This document shows, piece after piece, positions 20,907 through 31,110 of a stretch of DNA of 64,000 bases. The translations under genes were made by a program, and so were the position numbers. The number at the start of each line of letters is the position of its first letter. Within the stretch, counting starts at the first letter, position 1. Origin of the DNA: Candidatus Sumerlaeota bacterium (GTDB taxonomy: Bacteria > Bacillota > SLNR01); the NCBI GenBank assembly GCA_040766585.1, contig JAXGQE010000008.1, positions 28,500 to 92,499 on the forward strand. Reading direction: 5' to 3'. The notes under the pieces are model-generated. The model saw only the letters and a list, made by a program, of their open reading frames with translations, did no database searches and was not told where the DNA came from.

Positions 20907-21035
20907 TGGGGCTCTGCCCCACACCCCGCCCTGCCGGGAAGCGAGGGCCTGTACGACAGACCCCCGCAAAAAGGGTTTGAATGGACGAGGGAATCAAGGG
21001 TCAAGATGAACTCGTGGGACTCGCCCTTGATTCCC
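20907..21035 (-). ncRNA. Candidate structured RNA/ssDNA element in IS 3' non-coding region
   Basis: Three hairpins conserved with compensatory changes in the second IS copy (48912-49043); A-C mismatches on + strand become G-U pairs on - strand. Confidence 0.45.
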
Positions 21036-21041
21036 GCATAA

Positions 21042-22373
21042 TCAGGCATATTCTTTGAGGAAGATGTCTTCAAGGATTTGGATGATATCCCGGTTGCTTT
21101 CATCAAAAGTGATCCTTGGCCAGGCGATGTGGCCGTATTTGAAGTAATGTTCATCGGGAAGAGAAGTATAGATCTGACGAGCAGGAGCCTTAGGTTTGGG
21201 ATTTTTTTTCGGCTTGATAAAGGGGATCACCTGGTAAAAATGCTGATGATGCTGCACCTTAATACCAAAGGCCGGACTGATAAGGACACGGACCGGAGTT
21301 TTGGGAGCCAGGGCAGCCTGAAGGATCTGGAAATGGCGATTAGAAAAAGAGAAGACATGGCCTGCGTCAATGATGCGCTGGTGTTTGACACAAAGGGTGT
21401 GATCCACCAATGTGGAGTCGGGAACATCCCTAAAAGCGGAATCCGGTTCAAGAGGAGCCACTGCAAAACGCTCGTTGAAACGTTTGATGTAGGCAGGGAG
21501 GAAGGCATTGGCGTCACCGATATTTGTGATACCGGCGATTTTAAACTCGACGGGGAGACGGCTTTGGAGAGTGTCCCAGAGTTTTTCCACTCGTCCTTTG
21601 GCCTGGGGTGAACGTGCTTTATGCATGGTGATACCCAGTTCATCCATCGCCCGGCTGAATTGGGTGTGGGGGATCTGCTGGCCGTCAAGCTGATCCTGGA
21701 TGGAGAGGGAGGCGGCTTTGGGTGAGACAAATATGGAGTGGCGGTCCGTGTAGAGGCTGACAGGAATACCGCAGTTGAGAAGCATTTGTCGGGCAACAGC
21801 AAAGTACCCCATCAGGCATTCATGGGGGGTTAGAAAGGCTCCCACAATCTCACCGGTGGCATCGTCAACGGCGCCGTGGAGAGTAAACTTCTCAGGGGTG
21901 GAAAACCATTCAAAGGGAGTGGCATCCATCTGAATCAGAGTACCCCTGCGGGCCTTGCGCTTGCGGCGGTGGTGGGATTTGCGTTTGCGCCTCTTTTTGG
22001 GACTTGCTAGTCCGGCTTCCGTGAGGATTTTGTACAAGGGAGTATAGCTGATGTGAATCTGTTCATGCTCTGCCAGGAGTTCCTGAAAGTGAGTAAAGTT
22101 CGCGTTGATGAAAGGCTCCTGTCCTTTGAGACGAATGATGGCAGCCTTGAGCTGGTCGGTCACTGCGTGAGAAGGTTTACGCCCGGTATTGCTGTGAATG
22201 AGGGATTCTGGTCCCTGTTGTTGCACTCCTTTTTTCAGTCTTTTGATTTGGCGCTCACTTAAATCTAGATCTTCCGCAGCTTCCTGGATCGTCACCTTAC
22301 CTTCGATGACAAGGGATAGTACTTTAAATCTATTCAGTTGTTTTTGGGTCATGAGAAATCGCACCTCGTCCAT
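21042..22373 (-). CDS. ISNCY/IS1202-family DDE transposase
   Basis: N-terminal HTH (LDLSERQIKRL), QMDAT, VDDATG, YTDRHSIF, PQAKGRVEKLWDTLQSRL. Confidence 0.93.
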   Translation of the reverse strand: MDEVRFLMTQKQLNRFKVLSLVIEGKVTIQEAAEDLDLSERQIKRLKKGVQQQGPESLIHSNTGRKPSHAVTDQLKAAIIRLKGQEPFINANFTHFQELLAEHEQIHISYTPLYKILTEAGLASPKKRRKRKSHHRRKRKARRGTLIQMDATPFEWFSTPEKFTLHGAVDDATGEIVGAFLTPHECLMGYFAVARQMLLNCGIPVSLYTDRHSIFVSPKAASLSIQDQLDGQQIPHTQFSRAMDELGITMHKARSPQAKGRVEKLWDTLQSRLPVEFKIAGITNIGDANAFLPAYIKRFNERFAVAPLEPDSAFRDVPDSTLVDHTLCVKHQRIIDAGHVFSFSNRHFQILQAALAPKTPVRVLISPAFGIKVQHHQHFYQVIPFIKPKKNPKPKAPARQIYTSLPDEHYFKYGHIAWPRITFDESNRDIIQILEDIFLKEYA

Positions 22374-22444
22374 AGTGACATTTTATCAAGTTAATTACGA
22401 GGTGACATTATCACAAGTTAAACACAGGAGAAGTTCCCCGATAA

Positions 22445-22473
22445 TTGTATATTTTATCTGGATATGATAAAAT
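22445..22473 (+). promoter_or_regulatory. Sigma-A promoter of ftsH
   Basis: TTGTAT-17 bp-TAAAAT with extended TG; 40 bp upstream of ftsH start. Confidence 0.65.
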
Positions 22474-22512
22474 AATACTCTGTGAATGGTCCATTGGAAA
22501 GGGGGTAAGTTT

Positions 22513-24444
22513 TTGAACAGAGGGGTAAGAAATCTATTGTTCTATGCATTGTTGTTTCTGATCCCGATTATGCTCAGCAGCTATTTTGGCGGGCAGGGAC
22601 AGGAAGTCATCGAAATCAATTACTCAGAATTTGCTTCGTATGTTGAGAACGAACAAATTAAGAGTGTGACGATTACAACCGATACGGATGGCACCAGCAA
22701 AATAACCGGCACACTTAAAGATAATCGTATTTTCACAACCATAACGGTTTCAGATCCCACACTGCCTCAACTGCTGAGGGAAAAGAATGTATCCGTGGAA
22801 GTGGAAAAACCACCGACACCATCCATATGGGTTACCATCCTCTCCACGCTGCTGCCGACGCTGATGATTGTGGGAGTCTTGTTCTTCTTCATGCAGCAGA
22901 CCCAGGGCGGCGGGAATCGAGTCATGCAGTTTGGCAAGAGTCGGGCGAAACTTCATGTGGAACAGAAAAAGCGGGTCACATTTGCCGATGTGGCCGGTAT
23001 TGAAGAGGCCAAAGAAGAGGTTAAGGAAATCGTGGATTTCCTGAAACACCCCAAAAAATATACCGAAATTGGAGCCATGATACCCAAGGGCGTACTGCTC
23101 TTTGGTCCTCCCGGCACCGGGAAAACACTTTTGGCCCGAGCCATTGCCGGCGAAGCCGGAGTGCCGTTTTTCAGTATCAGCGGTTCGGATTTTGTGGAGA
23201 TGTTTGTCGGTGTAGGCGCATCCCGCGTGAGAGACCTTTTCGATCAGGCAAAGAAAAATGCACCGTGCATCGTCTTTATCGATGAAATCGATGCGGTGGG
23301 ACGACAGCGTGGAGCCGGTTACGGCGGAGGTCACGATGAACGGGAACAGACGCTGAACCAGCTGCTGGTGGAAATGGACGGGTTTGGAATGAACGAAGGC
23401 ATTATTGTGGTGGCCGCCACCAACCGTCCCGATGTGCTGGATCCGGCCCTGTTGCGGCCGGGGCGTTTCGATCGTCAGATCATCCTAGACCGACCGGATG
23501 TACATGGGCGATTGGACATCCTGAAAGTCCACATTAAGAACAAACCGCTGGCCGAAGGTGTGGACTTGGAAGTGCTGGCACGAAGGACTCCGGGATTCAC
23601 CGGAGCGGATCTGGCCAATCTGGTCAATGAAGGGGCCCTGCTGGCTGCCCGTATGAATCGAAAGAAGATCGGGATGGAAGAACTGGAAGAAGCCATTGAT
23701 CGGGTCATGGCCGGCCCCGAACGAAAAACCCGAATGATCAGTGAGAAGGAAAAGAAAACTATTGCCTACCATGAAGCAGCCCATGCACTGGTAGCCAGAA
23801 TGGTGGATAAATCAGACCCGGTGCACAAAGTGTCCATCATCCCTCGGGGATCGGCATTGGGCTATGTGCTGCAGCTTCCGACGGAAGATCGATACCTGGT
23901 CAGCAAAACCGAACTGTTGGACAAGATCTCAGTGCTTTTGGCCGGAAGAGCCTCGGAAAGTATATTTTTCGGAGACATCAGCACGGGCGCTCAAAACGAT
24001 CTTGAACAGGCCACCAAACTGACCCGGAGAATGATTACCGAATACGGTATGAGTGATAAACTGGGTCCCGTAACCCTGGGGCACAAACAAGATCAGGTGT
24101 TCCTGGGTCGGGATATTGTTCGGGAAAGGAATTACAGTGAAGAAATTGCTTCCGCCATCGATACGGAAGTACGGGCCATCATCGACGCGTGCTACGAGCG
24201 CGCCAAGAAGGTCATTACTGACAATGAAGAAAAGATGCATCAAATCGTAGCCCTTTTGCTGGAGAAAGAAACCATCGAAGGCAAAGAGTTGGAAATGCTG
24301 CTGAACAATCATGAACCGGAAGAAGAAAAGAATGAGGAACCGGCAATTGAGGCCCCAGAAATCCAACCGGATGAGGCCGAAGTCAAGAATGATGAGAAGG
24401 ACGAAGATGCATACAGAATCGAAAATCGGGAAGCCGGGGAATGA
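22513..24444 (+). CDS. ftsH: ATP-dependent zinc metalloprotease FtsH
   Basis: Two [21 protein letters not shown] zinc motif. Confidence 0.97.
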   Translation: MNRGVRNLLFYALLFLIPIMLSSYFGGQGQEVIEINYSEFASYVENEQIKSVTITTDTDGTSKITGTLKDNRIFTTITVSDPTLPQLLREKNVSVEVEKPPTPSIWVTILSTLLPTLMIVGVLFFFMQQTQGGGNRVMQFGKSRAKLHVEQKKRVTFADVAGIEEAKEEVKEIVDFLKHPKKYTEIGAMIPKGVLLFGPPGTGKTLLARAIAGEAGVPFFSISGSDFVEMFVGVGASRVRDLFDQAKKNAPCIVFIDEIDAVGRQRGAGYGGGHDEREQTLNQLLVEMDGFGMNEGIIVVAATNRPDVLDPALLRPGRFDRQIILDRPDVHGRLDILKVHIKNKPLAEGVDLEVLARRTPGFTGADLANLVNEGALLAARMNRKKIGMEELEEAIDRVMAGPERKTRMISEKEKKTIAYHEAAHALVARMVDKSDPVHKVSIIPRGSALGYVLQLPTEDRYLVSKTELLDKISVLLAGRASESIFFGDISTGAQNDLEQATKLTRRMITEYGMSDKLGPVTLGHKQDQVFLGRDIVRERNYSEEIASAIDTEVRAIIDACYERAKKVITDNEEKMHQIVALLLEKETIEGKELEMLLNNHEPEEEKNEEPAIEAPEIQPDEAEVKNDEKDEDAYRIENREAGE

Positions 24445-24461
24445 CCCGGCTTCCTTTTTTT
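24429..24461 (+). terminator. Intrinsic terminator after ftsH
   Basis: GGAAGCCGGG-6-CCCGGCTTCC + T7. Confidence 0.75.
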
Positions 24462-24636
24462 ATACCGGGCAGCATATGCGCAGGGATCCATGAAGATGCC
24501 CAGCTCGGTATTTGCAGGAAATCAGACTCCCGAAAGGGAAGTAAACAGCACGAATCGAGTTTTGGCAAAGGGTTTCAGTCAATCGAATCGGACACAGCAT
24601 GAAAATTCAAGGCAGCAAGAAGGTGAGTGGATCAAT

Positions 24637-25197
24637 ATGGATATGGACAAAATCGAAACGGCGGTTCAAATGATTCTGGAGGCCATTGGGGAAGACCCCA
24701 GCCGGGAGGGTCTGCGGGAAACACCCCGGAGAGTAGCCAAGATGTATGCTGAAGTGTTTTCAGGGATCGATCATGACCCCAAAAAAGACCTGGAACTCTT
24801 GTTTCAGGAAAAATATGATGAAATGATTCTGGTGAAAGATATTCCGCTTTATTCAATGTGTGAACATCATTTGCTGCCGTTTTTCGGGAAAGCCCATGTA
24901 GCGTACATTCCTCGGGCTGGAAAAATTACCGGACTCAGCAAAATCGCCCGGCTGGTGGAAACAGTTGCCAAGAGGCCCCAGGTACAGGAAAGGCTGACCA
25001 GCACCGTGGCGGATCTGGTGATGGAACAACTGAATCCCTATGGGGCAGCGGTTATCATTGAAGCAGAACATATGTGCATGACCATGAGAGGTGTACAAAA
25101 ACCGGGATCCATGACGGTTACTTCTGCATTACGAGGCCTGTACCGCAGCGATGAGGCTGCCCGGGCTGAACTCTTTTCCCTGATCAGAAAACAATGA
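24637..25197 (+). CDS. folE: GTP cyclohydrolase I
   Basis: [24 protein letters not shown]. Confidence 0.96.
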   Translation: MDMDKIETAVQMILEAIGEDPSREGLRETPRRVAKMYAEVFSGIDHDPKKDLELLFQEKYDEMILVKDIPLYSMCEHHLLPFFGKAHVAYIPRAGKITGLSKIARLVETVAKRPQVQERLTSTVADLVMEQLNPYGAAVIIEAEHMCMTMRGVQKPGSMTVTSALRGLYRSDEAARAELFSLIRKQ

Positions 25198-25213
25198 ATC
25201 GGAGGGATGCTCA

Positions 25214-26410
25214 ATGATCAGCAATCCTCGAATCGTTCAGGCGGATTCTCTGGACGATGCCATGAGAGAAATTGCAGCCGTAGGAGCATGCGGCGCCGGC
25301 GTACGCGCTATGGCGGACAAAGCCAGATATTTGCTTATCCGACTGGATCATGTTTCGCCCATCGCAGCCAATATTATGAAGCAGGAAATGCTTTCAAAGG
25401 GCGGAGAAGCGGCAGTCAGCAAAGGAGCTGTGGATCTATCGGTCAAATACTCTTCGGTCCTGCTGATGGGCACAGTGAAGCAATACAAGATGCTGATCAG
25501 CAAACTGAAGCTGCAGCAGTTTAAACTGCCTGCAATTGCCAAAGAGATTGAAGATCTTCTCTCTCATGTGGAGAAGAAACGCGCAGGTGAATCCGACCGG
25601 CTTCCCTTTGAATGGGGAAAGAGAACATACATTATGGGAATCCTCAATGTAACTCCGGATTCTTTTTCAGACGGAGGACTCTACAACGATCCGGAAGCCG
25701 CTGCAAAGCGAGCGGTGGAAATGGAAGAAGAAGGTGCGGATATCATCGATATCGGTGCAGAATCAACCCGCCCGGGGTTTCGGAAAATATCCAAGGAAGA
25801 AGAAGCTGACCGTCTCTTCCCGGTTCTGGAAAAAGTGCTGCAGAATGTGAGCATTCCTGTGTCCGTCGACACCACCACGGTGGAGATAGCCCGGGAAGCC
25901 ATTTCCATGGGGGCATCCTGGATTAACGATGTTTCCGGTCCGGATCTGAAACCGGAAATGACATCTTTAGCTGCTGAATCCGGTGTTCCCATCATATTGA
26001 TGCACAACCGCAAAGAAGCAGTCTATCAGGATCTTCTGGGTGAAGTAATCTTCGATATCCGCAAAAGCGTTGAGAAAGCCCTGCAGTCCGGAGTTGAAGA
26101 AACACAGATCATTATAGATCCCGGGATTGGTTTCGGAAAGACCGCAGAACACAACCTGATCATACTCAAGAATCTTCGGCAAATCACTACTCTGGGGTTT
26201 CCGGTATTGGTGGGAACTTCCAGGAAGTCATTTATCGGCAAGGTTCTGGATACCACACCCTATGACCGCCTGGAAGGTACAGCGGCTACTGTGGCTGCAT
26301 GCATTGACCGAGGGGCAGATATTATCCGGGTTCATGATGTGGTTCAAATGAGGCGGGTCGCCCAGATGATGGACCGGATTCTGCGAGCAGGAGATGATTC
26401 CAATGAATGA
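25214..26410 (+). CDS. folP: Dihydropteroate synthase with about 130-aa N-terminal extension
   Basis: MGILNVTPDSFSDGG, DPGIGFGK, SRKSF, IRVHD. Confidence 0.95.
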   Translation: MISNPRIVQADSLDDAMREIAAVGACGAGVRAMADKARYLLIRLDHVSPIAANIMKQEMLSKGGEAAVSKGAVDLSVKYSSVLLMGTVKQYKMLISKLKLQQFKLPAIAKEIEDLLSHVEKKRAGESDRLPFEWGKRTYIMGILNVTPDSFSDGGLYNDPEAAAKRAVEMEEEGADIIDIGAESTRPGFRKISKEEEADRLFPVLEKVLQNVSIPVSVDTTTVEIAREAISMGASWINDVSGPDLKPEMTSLAAESGVPIILMHNRKEAVYQDLLGEVIFDIRKSVEKALQSGVEETQIIIDPGIGFGKTAEHNLIILKNLRQITTLGFPVLVGTSRKSFIGKVLDTTPYDRLEGTAATVAACIDRGADIIRVHDVVQMRRVAQMMDRILRAGDDSNE

Positions 26411-26768
26411 TCGGATTCTGCTCCACGGAATGGTGTTCTTCGGATTTCATGGAGTTCATCCTGAGGAAAAGAAACTGGGCCAGCGCTTTATCGTGGATGT
26501 GGATTTGAATGTATCCCTGCAGGATGCAGGCATGACCGATGATCTGACCCGAACCGTCCATTACGGACATGTCTACAAGCTGATTAAAGAAATTGTGACC
26601 GGTCCGAGCTGTAATCTGATTGAAGCCGTCGCAGAGCGAATTGCATCGGCAGTTTTGAAGCAATACAGCGCGGTGGAGGGTATCAATGTACGGATTCGCA
26701 AACCGGAAGTACCCATTGAAGGGGTGTTGGATTTTGCCGGAGTCGAAATTGAACGGAACCGTAAGTAA
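26403..26768 (+). CDS. folB: Dihydroneopterin aldolase
   Basis: HGVHPEEKKLGQRF, HYG, LIEAVAE, KP. Confidence 0.95.
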   Translation: MNDRILLHGMVFFGFHGVHPEEKKLGQRFIVDVDLNVSLQDAGMTDDLTRTVHYGHVYKLIKEIVTGPSCNLIEAVAERIASAVLKQYSAVEGINVRIRKPEVPIEGVLDFAGVEIERNRK

Positions 26769-27264
26769 AGTAATGATCGGGCTGGGTTCCAATGTGGGCG
26801 ACAGATATTCAAACCTGATGCGGGCAGTCAGAGCCATGTCGGCGGATGGGAAGATTATCTTGGAAAAAACATCATCGATCTATGAAACCAGTCCGGTAGG
26901 CGTTCTGGAACAGCCCACATTCTTGAATGCAGTGGTAGAAGGGATCACCGCACTGGATCCTTTCTGTCTCCTGCAGTACCTGAAAGACATCGAAGATGCT
27001 GTGGGAAGAGAGAAAACTTACCGCTGGGGACCCCGGGTGATCGATTTGGATATTATTCTGTACGGGGATCTGCAGATGCAGACCGACGGGTTGACCATAC
27101 CCCATGCAGAAATGAAAAACAGGGCGTTTGTTCTGATTCCCCTGGCGGAAATCGAACCGGATCTGGTGCTTCCGGATGGCACCCCAATCCGACAAGCCTT
27201 GCAGAATCTTTCTGAAGAGGACACAGTAACTCTCCGGAAGGACATATTATTGACACTTTCCTAG
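26749..27264 (+). CDS. folK: 2-amino-4-hydroxy-6-hydroxymethyldihydropteridine diphosphokinase
   Basis: GLGSNVGD, FLNAV, WGPRVIDLDII, IPH, RAFVL; start uncertain. Confidence 0.93.
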   Translation: MNGTVSKVMIGLGSNVGDRYSNLMRAVRAMSADGKIILEKTSSIYETSPVGVLEQPTFLNAVVEGITALDPFCLLQYLKDIEDAVGREKTYRWGPRVIDLDIILYGDLQMQTDGLTIPHAEMKNRAFVLIPLAEIEPDLVLPDGTPIRQALQNLSEEDTVTLRKDILLTLS

Positions 27265-27322
27265 GAAACAGATAGAATGAGATTAGTCTTCCCAAATGCA
27301 CCATGGGAAAGGAGCTATCTAT

Positions 27323-28210
27323 ATGAGACTGAGTCCCTATCAGATTGAAGATGTCGTTCGCCTGGCGCTGGCTGAAGATGTAGGCAGCGGGGATGTTACG
27401 ACGAGTTCGGTTGTCCCGGAGAATACGATCGCATCAGCCGCCATCTATGCGGAAGAGGATGGTATTGTGGCCGGAAATGACATTGCCAAGCTTGTTTTCC
27501 AGATGATTGATAAACGGATCATATACAGCACCCATATTCAGGATGGCGAAGAAGTGGAAGCCGGCCAAGCCATAGCAACGCTGGAAGGACCGGCAGGATC
27601 CATCCTCACCGGAGAGAGGGTCGCGCTTAATTTTTTGGGGCACATGTCCGGGATTGCATCCCGTACCAACCACTTTACGGATTCCATTAAATACTACAGC
27701 GCCAAACTGACGGATACCCGGAAAACAACACCGGGGCTGAGGCTGCTTGAAAAATATGCCGTCAAACTCGGTGGCGGATACAATCACCGCAACGGTTTGT
27801 ACGATGCTGTCTTGATCAAAGAAAACCATATCCGACTGGCCGGAGGAATTAAACAGGCCGTTGTCATGGCGAGAGAGACCATTCCGCATACCATGAGAAT
27901 CGAAGTGGAGATCAACGATATCGATCAGGTGGAGGATGCCCTGGCTGCGAAAGTGGATATTTTGATGCTGGACAACATGAGTCCGGATCAGATAAAGCAA
28001 GTGGTGCAAAAGGTTGATGGGCAGGCCCTGATTGAAGCAGCCGGATACGTATGCAGCGAGAAGATCATTGAAGTAGCGAAAACAGGTGTTGACTATATCT
28101 CCATGGATTGTTTAACCGATTCCAGCAGCCCCGTGCCTATGGAATTGAGAATCGGCGAGATTAAACCGGGAGACAATCCGGCGGACAGCGATCATAAAGA
28201 GCAGGAGTAG
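27323..28210 (+). CDS. nadC: Nicotinate-nucleotide pyrophosphorylase (quinolinate phosphoribosyltransferase)
   Basis: GER, DTRKTTPG, NHR, LIKENH, EVE, MLDN; C-terminal motifs atypical. Confidence 0.85.
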   Translation: MRLSPYQIEDVVRLALAEDVGSGDVTTSSVVPENTIASAAIYAEEDGIVAGNDIAKLVFQMIDKRIIYSTHIQDGEEVEAGQAIATLEGPAGSILTGERVALNFLGHMSGIASRTNHFTDSIKYYSAKLTDTRKTTPGLRLLEKYAVKLGGGYNHRNGLYDAVLIKENHIRLAGGIKQAVVMARETIPHTMRIEVEINDIDQVEDALAAKVDILMLDNMSPDQIKQVVQKVDGQALIEAAGYVCSEKIIEVAKTGVDYISMDCLTDSSSPVPMELRIGEIKPGDNPADSDHKEQE

Positions 28211-28243
28211 CAGCTGGGGGTATTTCGCATTCACCGGAGGTAC

Positions 28244-29149
28244 TTGAGAATGGATATGGAAAAAATGATGTCTGATCTGCACAAATCTGGCTATTTCATC
28301 AGCAAACAGCATTTGTGCGGATTTTCTATTTCCGGAAAAACCGATGAACTGGACCCCCTATGGATTCAAGAGCATCTGGATAGTCAATGGCTGGGGAGGC
28401 ATATCTGCTGCTTTGATCAGCTGGATTCAACCAATGATTTGGCTCAGATGCTGGCTCAGCACCATGCACCGGAGGGGACAGCGGTCCTGACCGATTATCA
28501 GACATCCGGACGCGGTCGAGTCGGCCGAGTATGGCAAATACCGCCGGGGCGAGGGCTGCTGTTTTCTTTTTTGCTGTACCCCTCCATGGAAGCGGCAAAG
28601 ATCCCCCTGCTGACACTGGCAACGGCTGTGGGAGCAGTCAAGGCATTGATCCAAACCACGGGTGTCGATGCAGGAATCAAATGGCCCAATGATTTGATTG
28701 TGCAGAATAGAAAACTGGGCGGAATTCTTTCGGAAGCGCGTTTTGCCGGTTCCTGTCTGAGCCATGTAGTCATCGGCGTTGGCATCAATGTTCATACCCA
28801 GCGGCATGAATGGCCGGTTGAACTTCGCGATACCGCGATTTCACTGCAGCAGGCAACCGGAATATTTTTCAATCGAAATGAATTGTTCTCAGCCATCTGC
28901 CGGGAATGCGAGCATAGCTACAACCAGACTTTCCATGATCCAGACCCAATCATCCAGGACTGGACCCGATACTCCAAGACTTTGGGGAAAGAGATTACCG
29001 TTCAGACACCGTCGGAGGAATATCATGCGGTGGCCGAAGGGATTTCTGGAGACGGGGCTCTGGTGGTCCGCACTGGACAGGGAGAAATGAGGACGATATA
29101 TATGGGGGATATTTCCATCCGCCACGGAAGGAGACAGAACGATGATTAA
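28244..29149 (+). CDS. birA: Biotin--[acetyl-CoA carboxylase] ligase (N-terminal HTH appears truncated)
   Basis: STN, QTSGRGR, KWPND, KLGGIL, GVGIN. Confidence 0.9.
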   Translation: MRMDMEKMMSDLHKSGYFISKQHLCGFSISGKTDELDPLWIQEHLDSQWLGRHICCFDQLDSTNDLAQMLAQHHAPEGTAVLTDYQTSGRGRVGRVWQIPPGRGLLFSFLLYPSMEAAKIPLLTLATAVGAVKALIQTTGVDAGIKWPNDLIVQNRKLGGILSEARFAGSCLSHVVIGVGINVHTQRHEWPVELRDTAISLQQATGIFFNRNELFSAICRECEHSYNQTFHDPDPIIQDWTRYSKTLGKEITVQTPSEEYHAVAEGISGDGALVVRTGQGEMRTIYMGDISIRHGRRQNDD

Positions 29150-30113
29150 GGGGATTACGGATGTTCCGGGGATCTCTGTGGGGCATGTTACGGATGCAGC
29201 TGGGATGACCGGATGTACTGTGGTGTTGGTACCCGGGGAAGGGGCGGTAGCCGGTGTGGACGTACGTGGGTCTGCCCCGGGAACACGGGAAACGGATTTG
29301 CTGAAACCCATGAATCTGGTGCAAAGAGTCCATGCAGTGATCTTATGCGGAGGGAGTGCCTTCGGACTGGATGCTGCTGCAGGAGTAATGAAATTCCTTG
29401 AAGAAAAGAACATCGGATACGATACCGGCGCAGCCAAAGTCCCCATTGTTCCGGCAGCGGTACTGTACGATCTGGCCGTGGGAGATGCCAAAGCGCGTCC
29501 TACGGCAGAAATGGGATACCTGGCTTGTCTTTCTGCCAATACTGGGAGAGTACCGGAAGGGAATTGTGGAGCCGGAGCAGGGGCTACGGTAGCCAAGCAC
29601 CTGGGAATGGACCACGCTGTCAAAGGTGGAGTCGGGACCCATAGTGTCCGCTTGGACAATGGTGTTGTGATTGGTGCGATTGCTGCTGTAAATGCATACG
29701 GGGATATTCTGGACTGGAAAACCGGCGAAACGATAGCGGCGCCAAGAAATGCCGGGACCGATGGCTTCACCAGCACAATGGATTTACTGAAAGGATGCTC
29801 GGAGGCTCCTTCTGTCTTTCCGGCAAACACCACTTTGGCAGTTGTGGCCACCAATGCAAAGCTGACTAAAGAAATGGCCAACAAAGTCGCTCAGGTAGCC
29901 CACAACGGATTGGCTCGCGCGATTAACCCGGTACACACATTGGTTGACGGAGATGCGGTATTTGCCGTGTCGGTGGGGGAGTTGGAATGCGATCCCGTCG
30001 TCGTAGGAGCCGTTGCTGCCGAAGTCGTGGCAGAATCCATCAAGCGAGCAGTTTTGCAAGCGAAAAGCATCGGACATATATTGGCGGTTCAGGATCTGAA
30101 CCGCAACAGGTGA
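29142..30113 (+). CDS. P1/S58 (DmpA-like) family peptidase
   Basis: ITDVPG, GSAPGTRET, GGSAFGL, NTTL, DGDAVF. Confidence 0.9.
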   Translation: MIKGITDVPGISVGHVTDAAGMTGCTVVLVPGEGAVAGVDVRGSAPGTRETDLLKPMNLVQRVHAVILCGGSAFGLDAAAGVMKFLEEKNIGYDTGAAKVPIVPAAVLYDLAVGDAKARPTAEMGYLACLSANTGRVPEGNCGAGAGATVAKHLGMDHAVKGGVGTHSVRLDNGVVIGAIAAVNAYGDILDWKTGETIAAPRNAGTDGFTSTMDLLKGCSEAPSVFPANTTLAVVATNAKLTKEMANKVAQVAHNGLARAINPVHTLVDGDAVFAVSVGELECDPVVVGAVAAEVVAESIKRAVLQAKSIGHILAVQDLNRNR

Positions 30114-30294
30114 AGCAGGAACTTGTGATGGAGTCCTGACTGTTGGGCCAATTAACGATGAAGACTCGTCCGGTATCGACAAAGAACTGGAACGGAGGTG
30201 CGGCCATTTAGATTGTGCAAAGAATGCCGGTCGATCCTGACCGTTAAGGGTACTTTGCATTTATTTTTTTCACTCTGACAAGCGAGGTGCAAAA

Positions 30295-31083
30295 ATGATT
30301 TTTGTCATGGATGTGGGGAATACCAATATCGTGCTGGGTGTATACAAAGAAGATGAGCTGGTGGCTCACTGGAGATTGTCCACCAACCGACAGGCAACGG
30401 CCGATGAGTACGGCATGACGATCCAGAACCTTTTCTCCTTTCATGGACTGGATTCCAAAGAAATTCACGCGGTGATTATTTCATCCGTCGTACCGCCTTT
30501 GATCGACAGCCTGGAAAAAATGACGAGACAATATTTCCACATTGAGCCGGTCATTGTGGGACCGGGCATCAAAACAGGAATCCGCATTATGTACGATAAC
30601 CCGAAAGAAGTGGGGGCAGACCGAATTGTCAATGCGGTGGCCGCCTACGAGCAATACGGTGGACCATTGATTGTGGTTGACTTTGGCACGGCCACCACCT
30701 TCTGTGCCATTACCAAACAAGGGGATTATCTGGGAGGAGCCATCGTTCCAGGTATTGGCATCTCAATGGAAGCTCTGTTCCAAAGAGCCGCCAAACTGCC
30801 CCGGATCGAACTGGTAAAGCCCAAGACCGTCATTGGAAAAAACACGGTTTCCAGCATGCAGTCCGGGATCATATTCGGGTACGCAGGGCTGGTGGACAAA
30901 ATGGTGAATCGTATTAAGGAAGAAATGAATTCCCAGGCCTATGTGGTGGCCACCGGAGGCCTTTCCGAACTCATAAGTTCCGAGGCAGCTACCATCGATA
31001 CGGTCAATCCGTTTCTGACCCTGGAAGGGCTTCTGATTCTGTACAAGAAAAATGCCATCCATGAAAACTCCACCGACAAATAG
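30295..31083 (+). CDS. coaX: Type III pantothenate kinase
   Basis: DVGNTN, GADR, DFGTATT, GG...PG, ATGG. Confidence 0.95.
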   Translation: MIFVMDVGNTNIVLGVYKEDELVAHWRLSTNRQATADEYGMTIQNLFSFHGLDSKEIHAVIISSVVPPLIDSLEKMTRQYFHIEPVIVGPGIKTGIRIMYDNPKEVGADRIVNAVAAYEQYGGPLIVVDFGTATTFCAITKQGDYLGGAIVPGIGISMEALFQRAAKLPRIELVKPKTVIGKNTVSSMQSGIIFGYAGLVDKMVNRIKEEMNSQAYVVATGGLSELISSEAATIDTVNPFLTLEGLLILYKKNAIHENSTDK

Positions 31084-31110
31084 ATGAGTTGGTAAAAGGC
31101 AGGTGCAACA

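Larger units (their letters stand above)
20829..22426 (-). mobile_element. IS1202-like (ISNCY) insertion sequence, 1598 bp, apparently intact, with 18-bp target-site duplication GGAGAAGTTCCCCGATAA (20811-20828 and 22427-22444)
   Basis: TGT...ACA ends; imperfect terminal IRs TGTCAATAACTTGAGAAAATGTCACC / TGTGTTTAACTTGTGATAATGTCACC; two 20-bp repeat units at each end; DDE transposase inside. Confidence 0.92.

Noticed and set aside
21001-21023. Guide-like complementarity between hairpin-3 interiors and each element's own target site
   Set aside because: Only 5-6 nt partial matches (GAACT; AGC.AAT), expected by chance; needs many elements to test
28889-29884. Long antisense ORFs (e.g. 331 aa here, 275 aa in tilS, 259 aa in clpC)
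   Set aside because: Shadow frames of well-conserved genes; no RBS or recognisable motifs
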